From contig NIVC01000472.1 in the NCBI GenBank assembly GCA_002269645.1, positions 1 through 64,000 of the forward strand: a DNA stretch of 64,000 nucleotides, written 5' to 3'. This DNA comes from Macrostomum lignano. Lineage: Eukaryota. Within the stretch, counting starts at the first letter, position 1; each line of letters starts with the position of its first letter. Below the pieces are notes generated by a model. The model was not told where the DNA came from, searched no databases, and was given only the letters and a program-made list of their open reading frames with translations. Position numbers and translations under genes: made by a program. Below are positions 43,690 to 55,560 of this stretch, in pieces.

Positions 43690-43970
43690 CAGGGCTGAGG
43701 TCAGTGTCGGGGCTGAGGGGTGTCAGGGCTGAAGTGTGTGGGGGCTGAGGGGTGTGGGGGCTGAGGGGTGTGGGGGCTGAGGGGTGTCGGGGCTGAGGGG
43801 TGTCAGGGCTGAGGTGTGTGGGGGCTGAGGCCGGTGTCAGGGCTGAGGTGTGTGGGGGCTGAGGGGTGTCGGGGCTGAGGCCGGTGTCGGGGCTGAGGGG
43901 TGTCAGGGCTGAGGGTTTCAGGGCTGAGGGGTGTCAGGGCTGAGGGTTTCAGGGCTGAGGGGTGTCAGGG
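43690..43970. repeat. About 18-bp G-rich minisatellite (GGGCTGAGGGGTGTCAG-like)
   Basis: Variant tandem units between the two lysenin-like genes. Confidence 0.88.
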
Positions 43971-44382
43971 CACAAATTTACTTATGTTTATTCTTAAGTC
44001 TGGTTAATGTGAGCTTAAAGATAGAGTACCAGAAACAAGTCAGTCGATTTTCGCGCAAAATTTTTAACCATTTAGAAATCCGCATCTCAGAGCTGCAGAA
44101 CTGCAGAACCAGAATTGACAGGTTCCAAACTAGTTTTAGTTATGAAAACTTGCTAATAATAAAATTTGTTGATCTGTTATTAGTGTTATTCGATAGTCAG
44201 GGCCTCTCTTTAAACTGTTTACATTTAATTTAAATAAACTAATGTTAATATCTGAAACTAAGTTTAGTCAGCCCCAAGCCGATAATTCAATCTAAGATAT
44301 AAATTCTTTAAATTCGTGCCTCTCCGGCTTTGGAGTTCCGCAAACTTTGTACCCAGCATCCGACGTTCTTCATCGCTCCGAA

Positions 44383-45676
44383 ATGGTTCGAGTAAGTGCG
44401 CTAACTTTTTGTTTGAATCATATAATACTCAGTTATATTTTATAGATAACAAATTATTAATGTTCAAGCATACCTGCAGTTAAAATTTGCATTCCTGTTC
44501 TTTTTAAATTTGTTTTAGTTTTGGAAGTCACGTTGTTAGCATTTTGCAGCAAAACAAGATCTGAGTTCATTCGATTTTGTTTGAATTTGTCAAATTAAAC
44601 CATATTAAAAACTTGAGTATTAAAGAGTGACAAGGTTAAACTATTCTTAGATAAAAATGATAAAACAGAAAGTAAGAAAAGAAACCTATTTAACGTTGTG
44701 TGCCTTGAAGACGTGACTGAGTCATTGTAGCAAGATTAGAGGGGTGACCATATTTACCATTGCTTTTCATCATTTCATATTTACAAAAATTCTCCAGGCG
44801 CTCAGCCTCCTGGCCCTGTGCGCTCTGGCGATATGTACATCTGCCGAAGCCGCAGGCGACACGGTATCCAAATCGTGCAGTGCTCAATGGACGCTGGTTG
44901 CTACGCTGGAAAATTCTCAAAAACGAGCAGTTCTGCACAATTTTCACCACCATGTCGGGTTGCGCAGCCTGCACAATGCTCATAAAGTCCCTTGGGAGAC
45001 TTTGATATCGATTTCGGTGACCACCCAGATCCTTGGCGACCCTCATGGAGTGTCGGAATTTATTTCCACCAATCTCGGACGTCCGAGAGCGACACTCGGA
45101 TCCGTGCTTGTCCCAGCAAAGTCGGTCGCCAAAATCTGGCAGCTTGTTGTCCGCACCCACGGCGAAGTCTTTAAATTCCGAAGAACGAAATCGGTCAGAG
45201 GGTCGCAGAGCCCGCCACCGATTCTGTCCTGCCACGCGTCTTACCAAGTGAAGAGACGCATCACGGAGCAATCTTGGGTGCACTTGAAGCACGAAAGCTC
45301 GAATATGTATTTGGTAACCACTAACAGAAGAGGCTGGGACGCCGGCACGCTGGGGTCCTCAGCTAGCAACAAGTTTCGCTTTCAACAAATCAGGCCAGGT
45401 ACCTACAGGATCGTTGCCTACTCATACAGGTTCAGCGGGTACAGGTATCTTTACTCGTCCATGGCCGGTGGGATCTACCTAGACGACAGCGACTTGTCGA
45501 ATGAGAAGCAGCTGTGGACGCTGGATAGAACTGATCTGAGAGAGGGTGACTCGATCGCCATCCAGAATGTGTACTACCCCGGAGGATATATGATTAAATA
45601 CGAAGGCTCAACTACCAATGTCTTCTGCGAGTACACTAACTACCCAGACCGTTGGATTGTTGAACTGGCTGACTGA
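44383..45676 (+). CDS. Secreted lysenin-like protein 2
   Basis: Micro-exon ATGGTTCGA (44383-44391, gtaagt donor) splices in phase 0 to 44798-45676, giving signal peptide MVRALSLLALCALAICTSAEA. It is a clear paralogue of copy 1 (RRGWDAGTL, FSGYRYLYSSMAGGIYLD, KQLW, LREGD, TNVFC). Confidence 0.85.
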
Positions 45677-46084
45677 TATACGAGTATTTAGTCTCTAAAC
45701 TGGTAACTTATGACGTCAAATCAATGATTATAAGATTTTCTGTTTAAACCAGACACTTTCGACTTGTATGAATCAGAATTTTAATAATAAATACGCACCC
45801 CACTCTTTACTTATAGAAAATCTTACAAAGCGTTAACTACAATTTATCTACAAATATTTCTGGACCTGAAACTACTAACAGTAGCGTGAAAGCATATTTG
45901 TGTTGCCCCTTAAGCTAGGCCATATTATATTATCATAAAAATCGAAATACCAGCTTAGAGCTTCACATTTATTCAGTATTTCAGTGTTCAATACAATATG
46001 CGCTCCATATGCCATTTACTTTAGAAACTTTACCTGCTTTGTTTAAATTAGTAAGTTTTTGCAAGACTACATAAATATTATGAT

Positions 46085-46830
46085 GGGTTTCGGCCTTTCG
46101 GCCCCCTTGTGGGGAAGCCTTCGGGCCTCAGGTCTCAGAAATAAATCAATTAGAGTCCTGGCCCCCCACTCCTGTCAGATGGTCAGCCCCATGGTAGCTT
46201 GATCGTGTGGCGAGCAGTCCAGGCCCTATAGCTAAGAGAGGGACAGCGAGAGACAAGCAGGGAGAATTTTGAAGGTAGAAATTAGTTAACCCGCAGGTTA
46301 GCCAACTCGCTGCCACCAGCCCGTACGTCCTGGCTCACCACACCGGGACTCTCGAAATCGGGCTTCCGACTAGAAGGGGCTTCGCACTTACCTGCCAACC
46401 AGTGTCTTTTTGCTGTCAATCTCGAAGTCATAGCCGATGATAAGGGACACTGCTGGGACTAGATCGCATTGGCCATGCAGGTACAGAGGGGACTTGTGCA
46501 GGGGATTCTTGCAGTTGCGAGTCTATGGGGTAGCTACATGTACTATTACATTGCTAAATACGAAGATATGTACTTTTGGCCTTCAACGCGCCAACTAGCC
46601 TCTCATAGCGCTGATGATAGACTAACTCGAACATCAGAGACCTCATGATTCATTTACCCGAGCCGCTTGGCGAATCTAGAGTGCACAGAGTACATCTCCA
46701 GCGCCGATTTTGCACTATTGGCAGTTTTGCTCACTGATTTGATAGATTGATCGACTGAGGACTGCCTTGCCATTGGTCCACTGTGACCGGCGCCTACTAG
46801 CTTAGCTACTCATCTGAGCCATCGGCGAAC
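46085..46830 (-). mobile_element. Unclassified dispersed repeat with hairpin-rich end
   Basis: The reverse complement of 46228-46305 recurs at about 63920-64000 (ctccctgcYtgtctctcgctStccctctcttagctata). No coding similarity seen. Confidence 0.5.
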
Positions 46831-46856
46831 AAAGAAATAAAACCGATAAAAATAAC

Positions 46857-47531
46857 TGTCAGATTTATTAACCTTCTCCTTAGATCATTTCACACTTCAG
46901 ATTGAATTGGAGTTTCAGACTACTAGCAGTATTATTGAATGACTTCTGCCTCAGCAACAGCACTACTGAACAAAATGAGCAAAAGTGTGCGCCTAATTCA
47001 GCTACTGAAATAGGGGGCAGATAAGGGACCAACCAATCAAGCAAGTCCAGGTAGCCTCTCACCCAACCAATCAGAAACTCAACAGCCGGAGACCAGGTAA
47101 TCCACAGTAACCGAATCGGCTTAGTGCTTCGCAGCTGTAGACTCGGGATGATGCTGTCACAGTCTTCGCAGATAGCTAGCAGGTGATGCTCTTCGCTTGA
47201 TGCTTGCTGCTGATGACCGGGGGACTCGTCCTTGATGATGATGGGGGGGGGGTTGTCGCAATCCGGTGATCAAGAAACGACGGTCGCGCTCCGGGAACCA
47301 GAAGTTGCGTGCTGGGCCCGAGCAAGTTGGAGTCCGAGCGGGCCAAAAACACCGGTTTAAATAGCCGCCAATTGGACCGCAGTTTGTTATAATGGAACAC
47401 GTCGATTCTGATTGGCTGACCCGTTTTGTTAAAATGAGCGCCGAATTTTCTGATTGGCTAAGCTTGTTGCTACCCAGAATCACGTGACCGGGAGATCCTA
47501 TCAGTTCCCACAGGGTCGTAAAAAGATGACA
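46857..47531 (-). mobile_element. Candidate LTR-like segment
   Basis: TGTCA...TGACA termini. On the minus strand there are two CCAAT boxes, TATTTAAA and an AATAAA near the 3' end. No TSD or PBS found. Confidence 0.3.
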
Positions 47532-48189
47532 GGTGCGGCCATAAATCAATCAAAATCGCAACAAAATGATTTATGACTTTTCGCGTAGGATTGACAGAAA
47601 TTAATGAAAAAAATACACTAGAAAGCTCTTATTAAATAGAAGGTGAAGATAATGAAGAGAAATCGCTAATCGCTAATCCCAAAGTACTTTTAGGGGTAAA
47701 ACGCATAGCTGTCAAAACTGTCACACGCTTGAGTGAACCCGAACCATAGGCTCTGACCTCATAAATCTTGATGGCCTGTCAAAATGATGAGAAAAAAGCT
47801 ACCGCCCGCATCCTCTCAGACCATCTGGCGCCCGCCTCAACACTGAGTGAGGCGCAGGTGGCTGTCAGACCAGCTTCGAAAGCGATGATTTATGACCCAA
47901 AAAGCTGCGCCTACGTTATTATGACTACTAGTATGACCAAACATTATATCTAGTATAGATTCTATGACTATTCGCAGAAAAAGGATAAAAATGCCCACTG
48001 CCCACTGTTAGTAGGCTAGTAAGTTTAGAGCCCAGTGCTAGCGCGGGGTTTGGAAAAAAGTGCGTCCTCATCAATTATTAAAAATTTTCTGCTACCATTT
48101 TATTTTTAATTAACTCTCCTATAGAAATAAATTTTCGTTCATGAGTTAAACTTGTCAGATGGAAATGATCGATCAGTAGTTTATTGTGC

Positions 48190-48906
48190 TGAGCGCCGAG
48201 TGTCGAATGTCGAGTGTCGAGCATCGAGTGTCGAGTGTCGAGTGTCGAGTGTCGAGTGTCGAGTGTCGAGTGTCGAGTGTCGAGTATCGAGTGTCGAGTA
48301 TCGAGTGTCCAGTGTCCAGTGTCGAGTGTCGATTGTCGAGTGTCGAGTATCGAGTGTCGAGTGTCGAGTGTCGAGTGTCGAGTGTCGAGTATCGAGTGTC
48401 GAGTATCGAGTGTCCAGTGTCCAGTGTCGAGTGTTGATTGTCGAGTGTCGAGTATCGAGTGTCGAGTGTCGAGTGTCGAGTGTCGAGTGTCGAGTATCGA
48501 GTGTCGAGTGTCGATTATCGAGTGTCGAGTATCGATCGAGTGTCGAGTGTCGATTATCGAGTGTCGAGTATCGATCGAGTGTCGAGTGTCGAGTATCGAG
48601 TGTCGATTATCGAGTGTCGAGTATCGATCGAGTGTCGAGTGTCGAGCATCGTGTGTCGAGTGTCGAGTGTCGAGTATCGATCGAGTGTCGAGTGTCGAGT
48701 ACCGAGTGTCGAGTGTCGATTATCGAGTGTCGAGTGTCGATTATCGAGTGTCGAGTGTCGAGTGTCGAGCATCGAGTGTCGAGTGTCGAGTATCGAGTGT
48801 CGAGTGTCTAGTATCGAGTTTCGAGTGTCGAGTGTCGAATGTCAAGCATCGAGTATCTAGTGTCGAGTGTCGAGTGTCGAGTGTCGAGTGTCGAGTGTCG
48901 AGTATC
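48190..48906. repeat. 7-bp CpG-rich microsatellite (TCGAGTG)n
   Basis: About 100 units with variants. Confidence 0.96.
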
Positions 48907-49279
48907 GAGAATGCTCGTAGCTGGTATTTTGTTAACGCAATTCAACGCAGTAACTGCTTTGTGAATCAAACTAGGAGCATATTTTCAAACTTTCACTAAC
49001 ACAGGTTTTGTTGGTAGTTACTCGTACTTCAGTTTTGAACCTACGCTCTGCGAACTCTGCGCATGCAGAGTGCACGGAGACAGAAAACCTGCCGGTTTTG
49101 ATCAAAGATCAAAGCATACCTTCAACGAATTTAGTACACGATATAACTTTGTATTCGTTGGTGTGCATTAGAAATACAGATTTCATATTTTTGAAATTTT
49201 TTAATTGTCCATACATGCTAATAAAGCAGTCTGAACTGTGACCACTCCAGCACACACTGGTGTCTGACTCGGGATCCTT

Positions 49280-50493
49280 TATTCCCTATTCCTTATCCAT
49301 TATCCCTTATCCCCTATCCTTTATCCCTTATCCATTATCCCCTATCCCTTATCCATTATCCACTATAACCTATTCCATATCCCTTATCCATTATCCCTTA
49401 TCCCCTATCCTTTATCCCTTATCCATTATCCCCTATCCCTTATCCATTATCCACTATAACCTATTCCATATCCCTTATCCTTTATCCCCTATCCCTTTCC
49501 CCTATCCCTTATCCTCCATCCCTTATCCTTTATCCCCTATCCCTTATCCTCTATCCCTTATCCTTTATCCCCTATCCTTTATCCCCTATCCCTTTCTCCT
49601 ATCCCTTATCCTCCATCCATTATCCTTTATCCCCTATCCCTTTCCCCTATCCCTTATCCTCCATCCCTTATCCTTTATCCCCTATCCCTTATCCTCTATC
49701 CCTTATCCTTTATCCCCTATCCTTTATCCCCTATCCCTTTCTCCTATCCCTTATCCTCCATCCATTATCCTTTATCCCCTATCCCTTTCCCCTATCCCTT
49801 ATCCTCCATCCCTTATCCTTTATCCCCTATCCCTTATCCTCTATCCCTTATCCTTTATCCCCTATCCTTTATCCCCTATCCCTTTCTCCTATCCCTTATC
49901 CTCCATCCATTATCCTTTATCCCCTATCCTTTATCCTCTATCCCTTATCCTTTATCCCCTATCCTTTATCCCCTATCCCTTTCTCCTATCCCTTATCCTC
50001 CATCCATTATCCTTTATCCCCTATCCTTTATCCCTTATCCATTATCCCCTATCCCTTATCCATTATCCACTATAACCTATTCCATATCCCTTATCCTTTA
50101 TCCCCTATCCCTTTCCCCTATCCCTTATCCTCCATCCCTTATCCTTTATCCCCTATCCCTTATCCTCTATCCCTTATCCTTTATCCCCTATCCCTTTCTC
50201 CTATCCCTTATCCTCCATCCATTATCCTTTATCCCCTATCCTTTATCCCCTATCCCTTATCCCCTATCCCTTATCCATTATCCACTATAACCTATTCCAT
50301 ATCCCTTATCCTTTATCCCCTATCCCTTTCCCCTATCCCTTATCCTCCATCCCTTATCCTTTATCCCCTATCCCTTATCCTCTATCCCTTATCCTTTATC
50401 CCCTATCCCTTTCTCCTATCCCTTATCCTCCATCCATTATCCTTTATCCCCTATCCTTTATCCCCTATCCCTTATCCCCTATCCCTTATCCCT
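49280..50493. repeat. TATCCYY 7-mer satellite with higher-order structure
   Basis: Built from tatcccc, tatccct, tatcctt and tatccat units. The marker ccactataacctattccata recurs at about 49360, 49450, 50065 and 50280. Confidence 0.95.
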
Positions 50494-50495
50494 TA

Positions 50496-50932
50496 CTGAG
50501 TTGAACCAAAAGTCCGTGCGCTTTTTGTATGCACATTTTTAGGCGCTTATTATTTCTCTCATGAACAACATGCATAATCAAGTGACGTCTCATTCGAAAG
50601 AGCATATTTTGCCGAACCAAACCACGCATGTTTTAATTCTGGTAAATATTTCCAGCCACTGTCAGCTCTACTGAAATGAGTGCTACCAGTCGCGATAATC
50701 TCGCTATTCTGCGACATTACTGGAAGCTCGGCTTCACAGCAACGGACGCAGCTCAAAAGATTCGCGAAACTGAAGGGCAGGATGCCCTTCAGGACAGAAC
50801 AGCACAGAAGTGGTACCAGCGCTTTTCGAGTGGCGACACGAGCCTCGAAGTTCGGCCACGTTCTGGTCGACCTACCGACCTATTCTGTCTATTTTAAGTC
50901 AGAAAAACGCACGAACTTTTGGTTCACCCTAA
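50496..50932 (+). mobile_element. Internally deleted mariner element (437 bp)
   Basis: About 30-bp TIRs (CTGAGTTGAACCAAAAGTCCGTGCGC / TTAGGGTGAACCAAAAGTTCGTGCGT) flanked by TA on both sides. ORF 50676-50897 is a mariner N-terminal HTH (ATDAAQKIRETEG...RTAQKWYQRFSSGDTSLEVRPRSGRP). There is no catalytic domain. Confidence 0.92.
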
Positions 50933-50934
50933 TA

Positions 50935-51300
50935 TCCCTTATCCCTTATCCCCTATCCCTTATCCCCTATCCCTTATCCCCTATCCCTTATCCCCTATCC
51001 CTTATCCTCTATCCCTTATACCCTATCCCTTATCCCCTATCCCTTATCCCCTATCCCTTATCCTCTATCCCTTATCCCCTATCCCTTATCTCCTATCCCT
51101 TATCCCCTATCCCTTATCCCCTATCCCTTATCCTCTATCCCTTATCCCCTATCCCTTATCTCCTATCCCTTTCTCCTATCCCTTATCCCCTATCACTTAT
51201 CCCCTATCCCTTATCCCCTATCCCTTATCCCCTATCCCTTATCTCCCTCTCTTTTCCCCATTCCTTATCCCCTAGCCTTATCGCTTATCCCTTTCCCATA
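50935..51300. repeat. TATCCYY satellite, continuation right of the mariner
   Basis: Same unit and strand as 49280-50493. Confidence 0.95.
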
Positions 51301-51792
51301 TTTTAAACTACCCGTACGACTTATTTGGTGAATAACAAAATTTTGACGCAAATATTTAAAGATATTAAAATCATGCAGTTTCTTAAGGTTCGCTCGAATA
51401 CAATACTTATAAGGCGTTCGTTTCGTTAATTCGTTTGTCTAGCCATGAGTGCATTAGTGGTCAATGCCGAATTTCCCCATAACCAATGCAGTAAGTGCCA
51501 AAATTTGCTACTGAAATGAAAAATGCTTTTTAGTCAGCAAACAAAGTGACTTTCTGAAGCATTGATTGCCACCAGTTAGACAGTGACTGAGCGAGCAGAA
51601 ACCGAAAGATTAATAGAAAATAAAAAATTATACTTCTCAATCACCACGAAACTAAAGGACGCTGCAAAAGTTTCTTTCAAAAAGCTTATGTCAAATTCAA
51701 AATTGCTTTACCTGATTTAGCTTCCTCCTTTGTAAACCGTAGCGACACTTGTGAAGATCAAATGACAAAAGTTAGTTCGGTTTTTAGTTTAT

Positions 51793-52700
51793 TCATGAGT
51801 TCACGAGTTCATGAGTTCACGAGTTCATGAGTTCACGAGTTCATGAGTTCACGAGTTCATGAGTTCACGAGTTCATGAGTTCACGAGTTCATGAGTTCAC
51901 GAGTTCATGAGTTCACGAGTTCATGAGTTCACGAGTTCATGAGTTCACGAGTTCATGAGTTCACGAGTTCATGAGTTCACGAGTTCATGAGTTCACGAGT
52001 TCATGAGTTCACGAGTTCATGAGTTCACGAGTTCATGAGTTCACGAGTTCATGAGTTCACGAGTTCATGAGTTCACGAGTTCATGAGTTCACGAGTTCAT
52101 GAGTTCACGAGTTCATGAGTTCACGAGTTCATGAGTTCACGAGTTCATGAGTTCACGAGTTCATGAGTTCACGAGTTCATGAGTTCACGAGTTCATGAGT
52201 TCACGAGTTCATGAGTTCACGAGTTCATGAGTTCACGAGTTCATGAGTTCACGAGTTCATGAGTTCACGAGTTCATGAGTTCACGAGTTCATGAGTTCAC
52301 GAGTTCATGAGTTCACGAGTTCATGAGTTCACGAGTTCATGAGTTCACGAGTTCATGAGTTCACGAGTTCATGAGTTCACGAGTTCATGAGTTCACGAGT
52401 TCATGAGTTCACGAGTTCATGAGTTCACGAGTTCATGAGTTCACGAGTTCATGAGTTCACGAGTTCATGAGTTCACGAGTTCATGAGTTCACGAGTTCAT
52501 GAGTTCACGAGTTCATGAGTTCACGAGTTCATGAGTTCACGAGTTCATGAGTTCACGAGTTCATGAGTTCACGAGTTCATGAGTTCACGAGTTCATGAGT
52601 TCACGAGTTCATGAGTTCACGAGTTCATGAGTTCACGAGTTCATGAGTTCATGAGTTCACCAGTTCACGAGTTCACGAGTTCACCAGTTCACCAGTTCAT
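51793..52700. repeat. 16-bp near-perfect minisatellite (GAGTTCACGAGTTCAT)n
   Basis: About 55 units, each a dimer of an 8-mer. Confidence 0.97.
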
Positions 52701-53991
52701 AAGTGAAGTACATGTAGACAACTGCGAGTACAACCAAGGGACAATTCTAAACTTCCAGCATCAGATATTTACTGAAGAATAAATAACCAGTGACTGCATT
52801 AGCACGAGACAATGTCCCATGTTAAACGTCATGCTTGTATGTAAATTTGGCTTAAATTTATTTGCATAAAAATGCCATAGATACTATCTGCCTACCGAAT
52901 GGAGACAGAAGCTTTCAAATAATGTAATTGGCTGGTTTCACCCGCCTCAAATGTCAAACTAGCGGGACTGTGCCCAGAGCAAATACTAGATTGGGAGATA
53001 AAGGTTCTGAGTTTTCCTCAGTCATCATGCAGAATCCAGTTTGGAAAATATTACTCACGGGGATTCTGGGATTTGCATTTTAACACTTCAATGAAATTCG
53101 CCACCTTCGTGCAGGTAGGTGGATCTGTTTCTCTGATGTAATAAATTGTAATTAATGAAAGCTACTTACTGCTGACATTAGCAACTACGAGCTAGAATGC
53201 TCTGTGAAACTTTCAGCTCTCCGTGCTGCTCACGGTGGCAGTTTTCGGTGTTCAAACTAGCGGCGACACTTCTGTCAGCTGCCAGAAGACCGAAAGCTTG
53301 CGCCAATGCAGCTTTGACACCAGCTGGAGAGATTTCCAATCTAGCGGGGAATCGAGCTTGGCGCACTTTGTCACCCGGTGCGAGCTGGCCGGCTGCCCCG
53401 ACACCTCAGCGGTCACCAGCAACCGCGAAGTGTTTCGGCCAATGAAATCAACTACCACGGCAGCAACACTGCATGTGGCAGTAGAAAACCCGAAGGGCGA
53501 TTCTGACCCAGTGTTGTCATCGGATGTGTCAGCCTCATAGAGTTGCTGCTGCAGATGGCACCGAATGGGTAAACTCAATTTAAAGCAGTCACTAGTGATT
53601 GGCAACTCTCAAGTATGAGCCTGTATGACTATCAATCCAGTGTATGAATATTAATGAGCTCGATATATTTAGTCCAGAAGCCACATGGCTTTGTAAATTA
53701 TTTGCCTCCGCAGGAGGTGAAGCGTCTATAGAAATAAATCGAAGTATATTCAAGAGAAAATAAGCTAATCCAGACGTCGTGTTTAGGCCCCTCTGGATGA
53801 TGGTGAGCTTCTATACTTGTATGAGTCCTAAAGTGAAATTATTCCCTTATAACCATAATGACTAACTATAATTTAATCATCTCAGTTCATGCATCCAGTT
53901 ACTCTGCTATGTCTATTTAGGATCCCAGATGAACGGCTTGGAAGAAAATTTTAGGATATTATGATATTGCACGCACTGTACTTAACCATGT

Positions 53992-54808
53992 TCTGGGTTG
54001 GGTGCTCAGGGTGGTTGCTGGGTTGGGTGCTCAGGGTGGTTGCTGGGTTGGGTGCTCAGGGTGGTTGCTGGGTTGGGTGCTCAGGGTGCTTGCTGGGTTG
54101 GGTGCTCAGGGTGGTTGCTGGGTTGGGTGCTCAGGGTGCTTGCTGGGTTGGGTGCTCAGGGTGGTTACTGGGTTGGGTGCTCAGGGTGGTTGCTGGGTTG
54201 GGTGCTCAGGGTGGTTGCTGGGTTGGGTGCTCAGGGTGGTTGCTGGGTTGGGTGCTCAGGGTGCTTGCTGGGTTGGGTGCTCAGGGTGGTTGCTGGGTTG
54301 GGTGCTCAGGGTGGTTGCTGGGTTGGGTGCTCAGGGTGCTTGCTGGGTTGGGTGCTCAGGGTGGTTGCTGGGTTGGGTGCTCAGGGTGCTTGCTGGGTTG
54401 GGTGCTCAGGGTGCTTGGTGGGTTGGGTGCTCAGGGTGGTTGCTGGGTTGGGTGCTCAGGGTGCTTGCTGGGTTGGGTGCTCAGGGTGGTTGCTGGGTTG
54501 GGTGCTCAGGGTGCTTGCTGGGTTGGGTGCTCAGGGTGGTTGCTGGGTTGGGTGCTCAGGGTGGTTGCTGGGTTGGGTGCTCAGGGTGCTTGCTGGGTTG
54601 GGTGCTCAGGGTGGTTGCTGGGTTGGGTGCTCAGGGTGGTTGCTGGGTTGGGTGCTCAGGGTGGTTACTGGGTTGGGTGCTCAGGGTGGTTGCTGGTTGG
54701 GTGCTCAGGGTGGTTGCTGGGTTGGGTGCTCAGGGTGGTTGCTGGGTTGGGTGCTCAGGGTGCTTGCTGGGTTGGGTGCTCAGGGTGGTTGCTGGGTTGG
54801 GTGCTCAG
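53992..54808. repeat. 25-bp minisatellite (CTGGGTTGGGTGCTCAGGGTGSTTG)
   Basis: About 32 tandem units. Confidence 0.96.
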
Positions 54809-54829
54809 GCTGAAAGAGCGCTGAAAGAG

Positions 54830-55430
54830 GTTGAGAGTGCGGGGTTCACCGTCAGATAAGACGTGAAGCGCAGAGGTCGGCGTGGGGCAGAAGCTTGCGC
54901 TTAGCCATGGCCCTATGGGGCAGGATACGAATGTCAGCGTCAATCAGACGGCGGGAAGTCTTAGCCGCATACCTGCGGACAAGATGTCCAGCGGAGGAAT
55001 GTTGAGGAAGGCGTTGAGGCCATCGTAAGGAGCAGACGGAGGGGCGCTCATGATCATGCGACATGCGCGCCCTTGCGTTCTCCTGAGAGCCTCAAGGCAG
55101 GTCTTTATCTGCAGGGCGCCAGCCCAGATCAGGCCGCCATACGAGATAGCAGGCCTAACCATTGCAGTGTCGATCCACCAGAGGCGCTTGGGGGTGAGAC
55201 CCCAGGTGGTGCCGAAGGCTAGGTGCAGCTGCGCGAGGACTGCGAGGGCTTTCTTGGCTTTTGCTTCAACTTGGGGCGACCAGTTGAGCCTGAGGTCCAG
55301 GGTAATACCGAGACATTTAGTCTGCTTGCAGAAGGGGATTTCCCTTCCGTAAAGCGTGAGCGGCCGAGTCTGCCACTTGGTCCTGCTGGTGAACATGATC
55401 GCTGCGGTCTTAGTCTCAGAGAGCCTTAAT
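54830..55430 (-). mobile_element. Non-LTR retrotransposon fragment, RT C-terminus/thumb (I/LOA/R1-like)
   Basis: KCLGITLDLRLNW..VEAKAKKA...TWGLTP..LWWI.TAMVRPAISYG..IW...QGRACRMI. Confidence 0.85.
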
Positions 55431-55457
55431 AGTGGATAAATAGTGGATAAATCCAGG

Positions 55458-55560
55458 CACAGGGTGAGTGTTCAGGGTGAGTGTTCAGGGTGAGTGCTCA
55501 GGGTGAGTGCACAGGGTGAGTACACAGGGAGAGTGCACAGGGTGAGTGCTCAGGGTGAGT
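55458..55560. repeat. Short about 14-bp repeat (CAGGGTGAGTGYTC-like)
   Basis: About 7 units that share GTGCTCAGGGTG with the 25-bp array. Confidence 0.75.

Noticed and set aside
46085-46640. Hammerhead ribozyme candidates (GGCCGAAAGGCCGAAAC at about 46086-46102 minus; CTGATGA at about 46612)
   Set aside because: The first lacks CUGANGA before stem II, and the second lacks a stem II followed by GAAA.
49280-51300. TATCCC tracts as telomeric repeats
   Set aside because: The unit is a variable 7-mer (TATCCYY), not CCCTAA, and the tracts are internal.
51793-52700. Regular arrays as possible CRISPR loci
   Set aside because: Units are head-to-tail with no unique spacers, there are no cas genes, and the context is eukaryotic.
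53178-53605. GC-rich exon-like stretch with overlapping short ORFs
   Set aside because: No recognisable motif or consistent splice structure. A faint likeness to the lysenin N-terminus was too weak to report.
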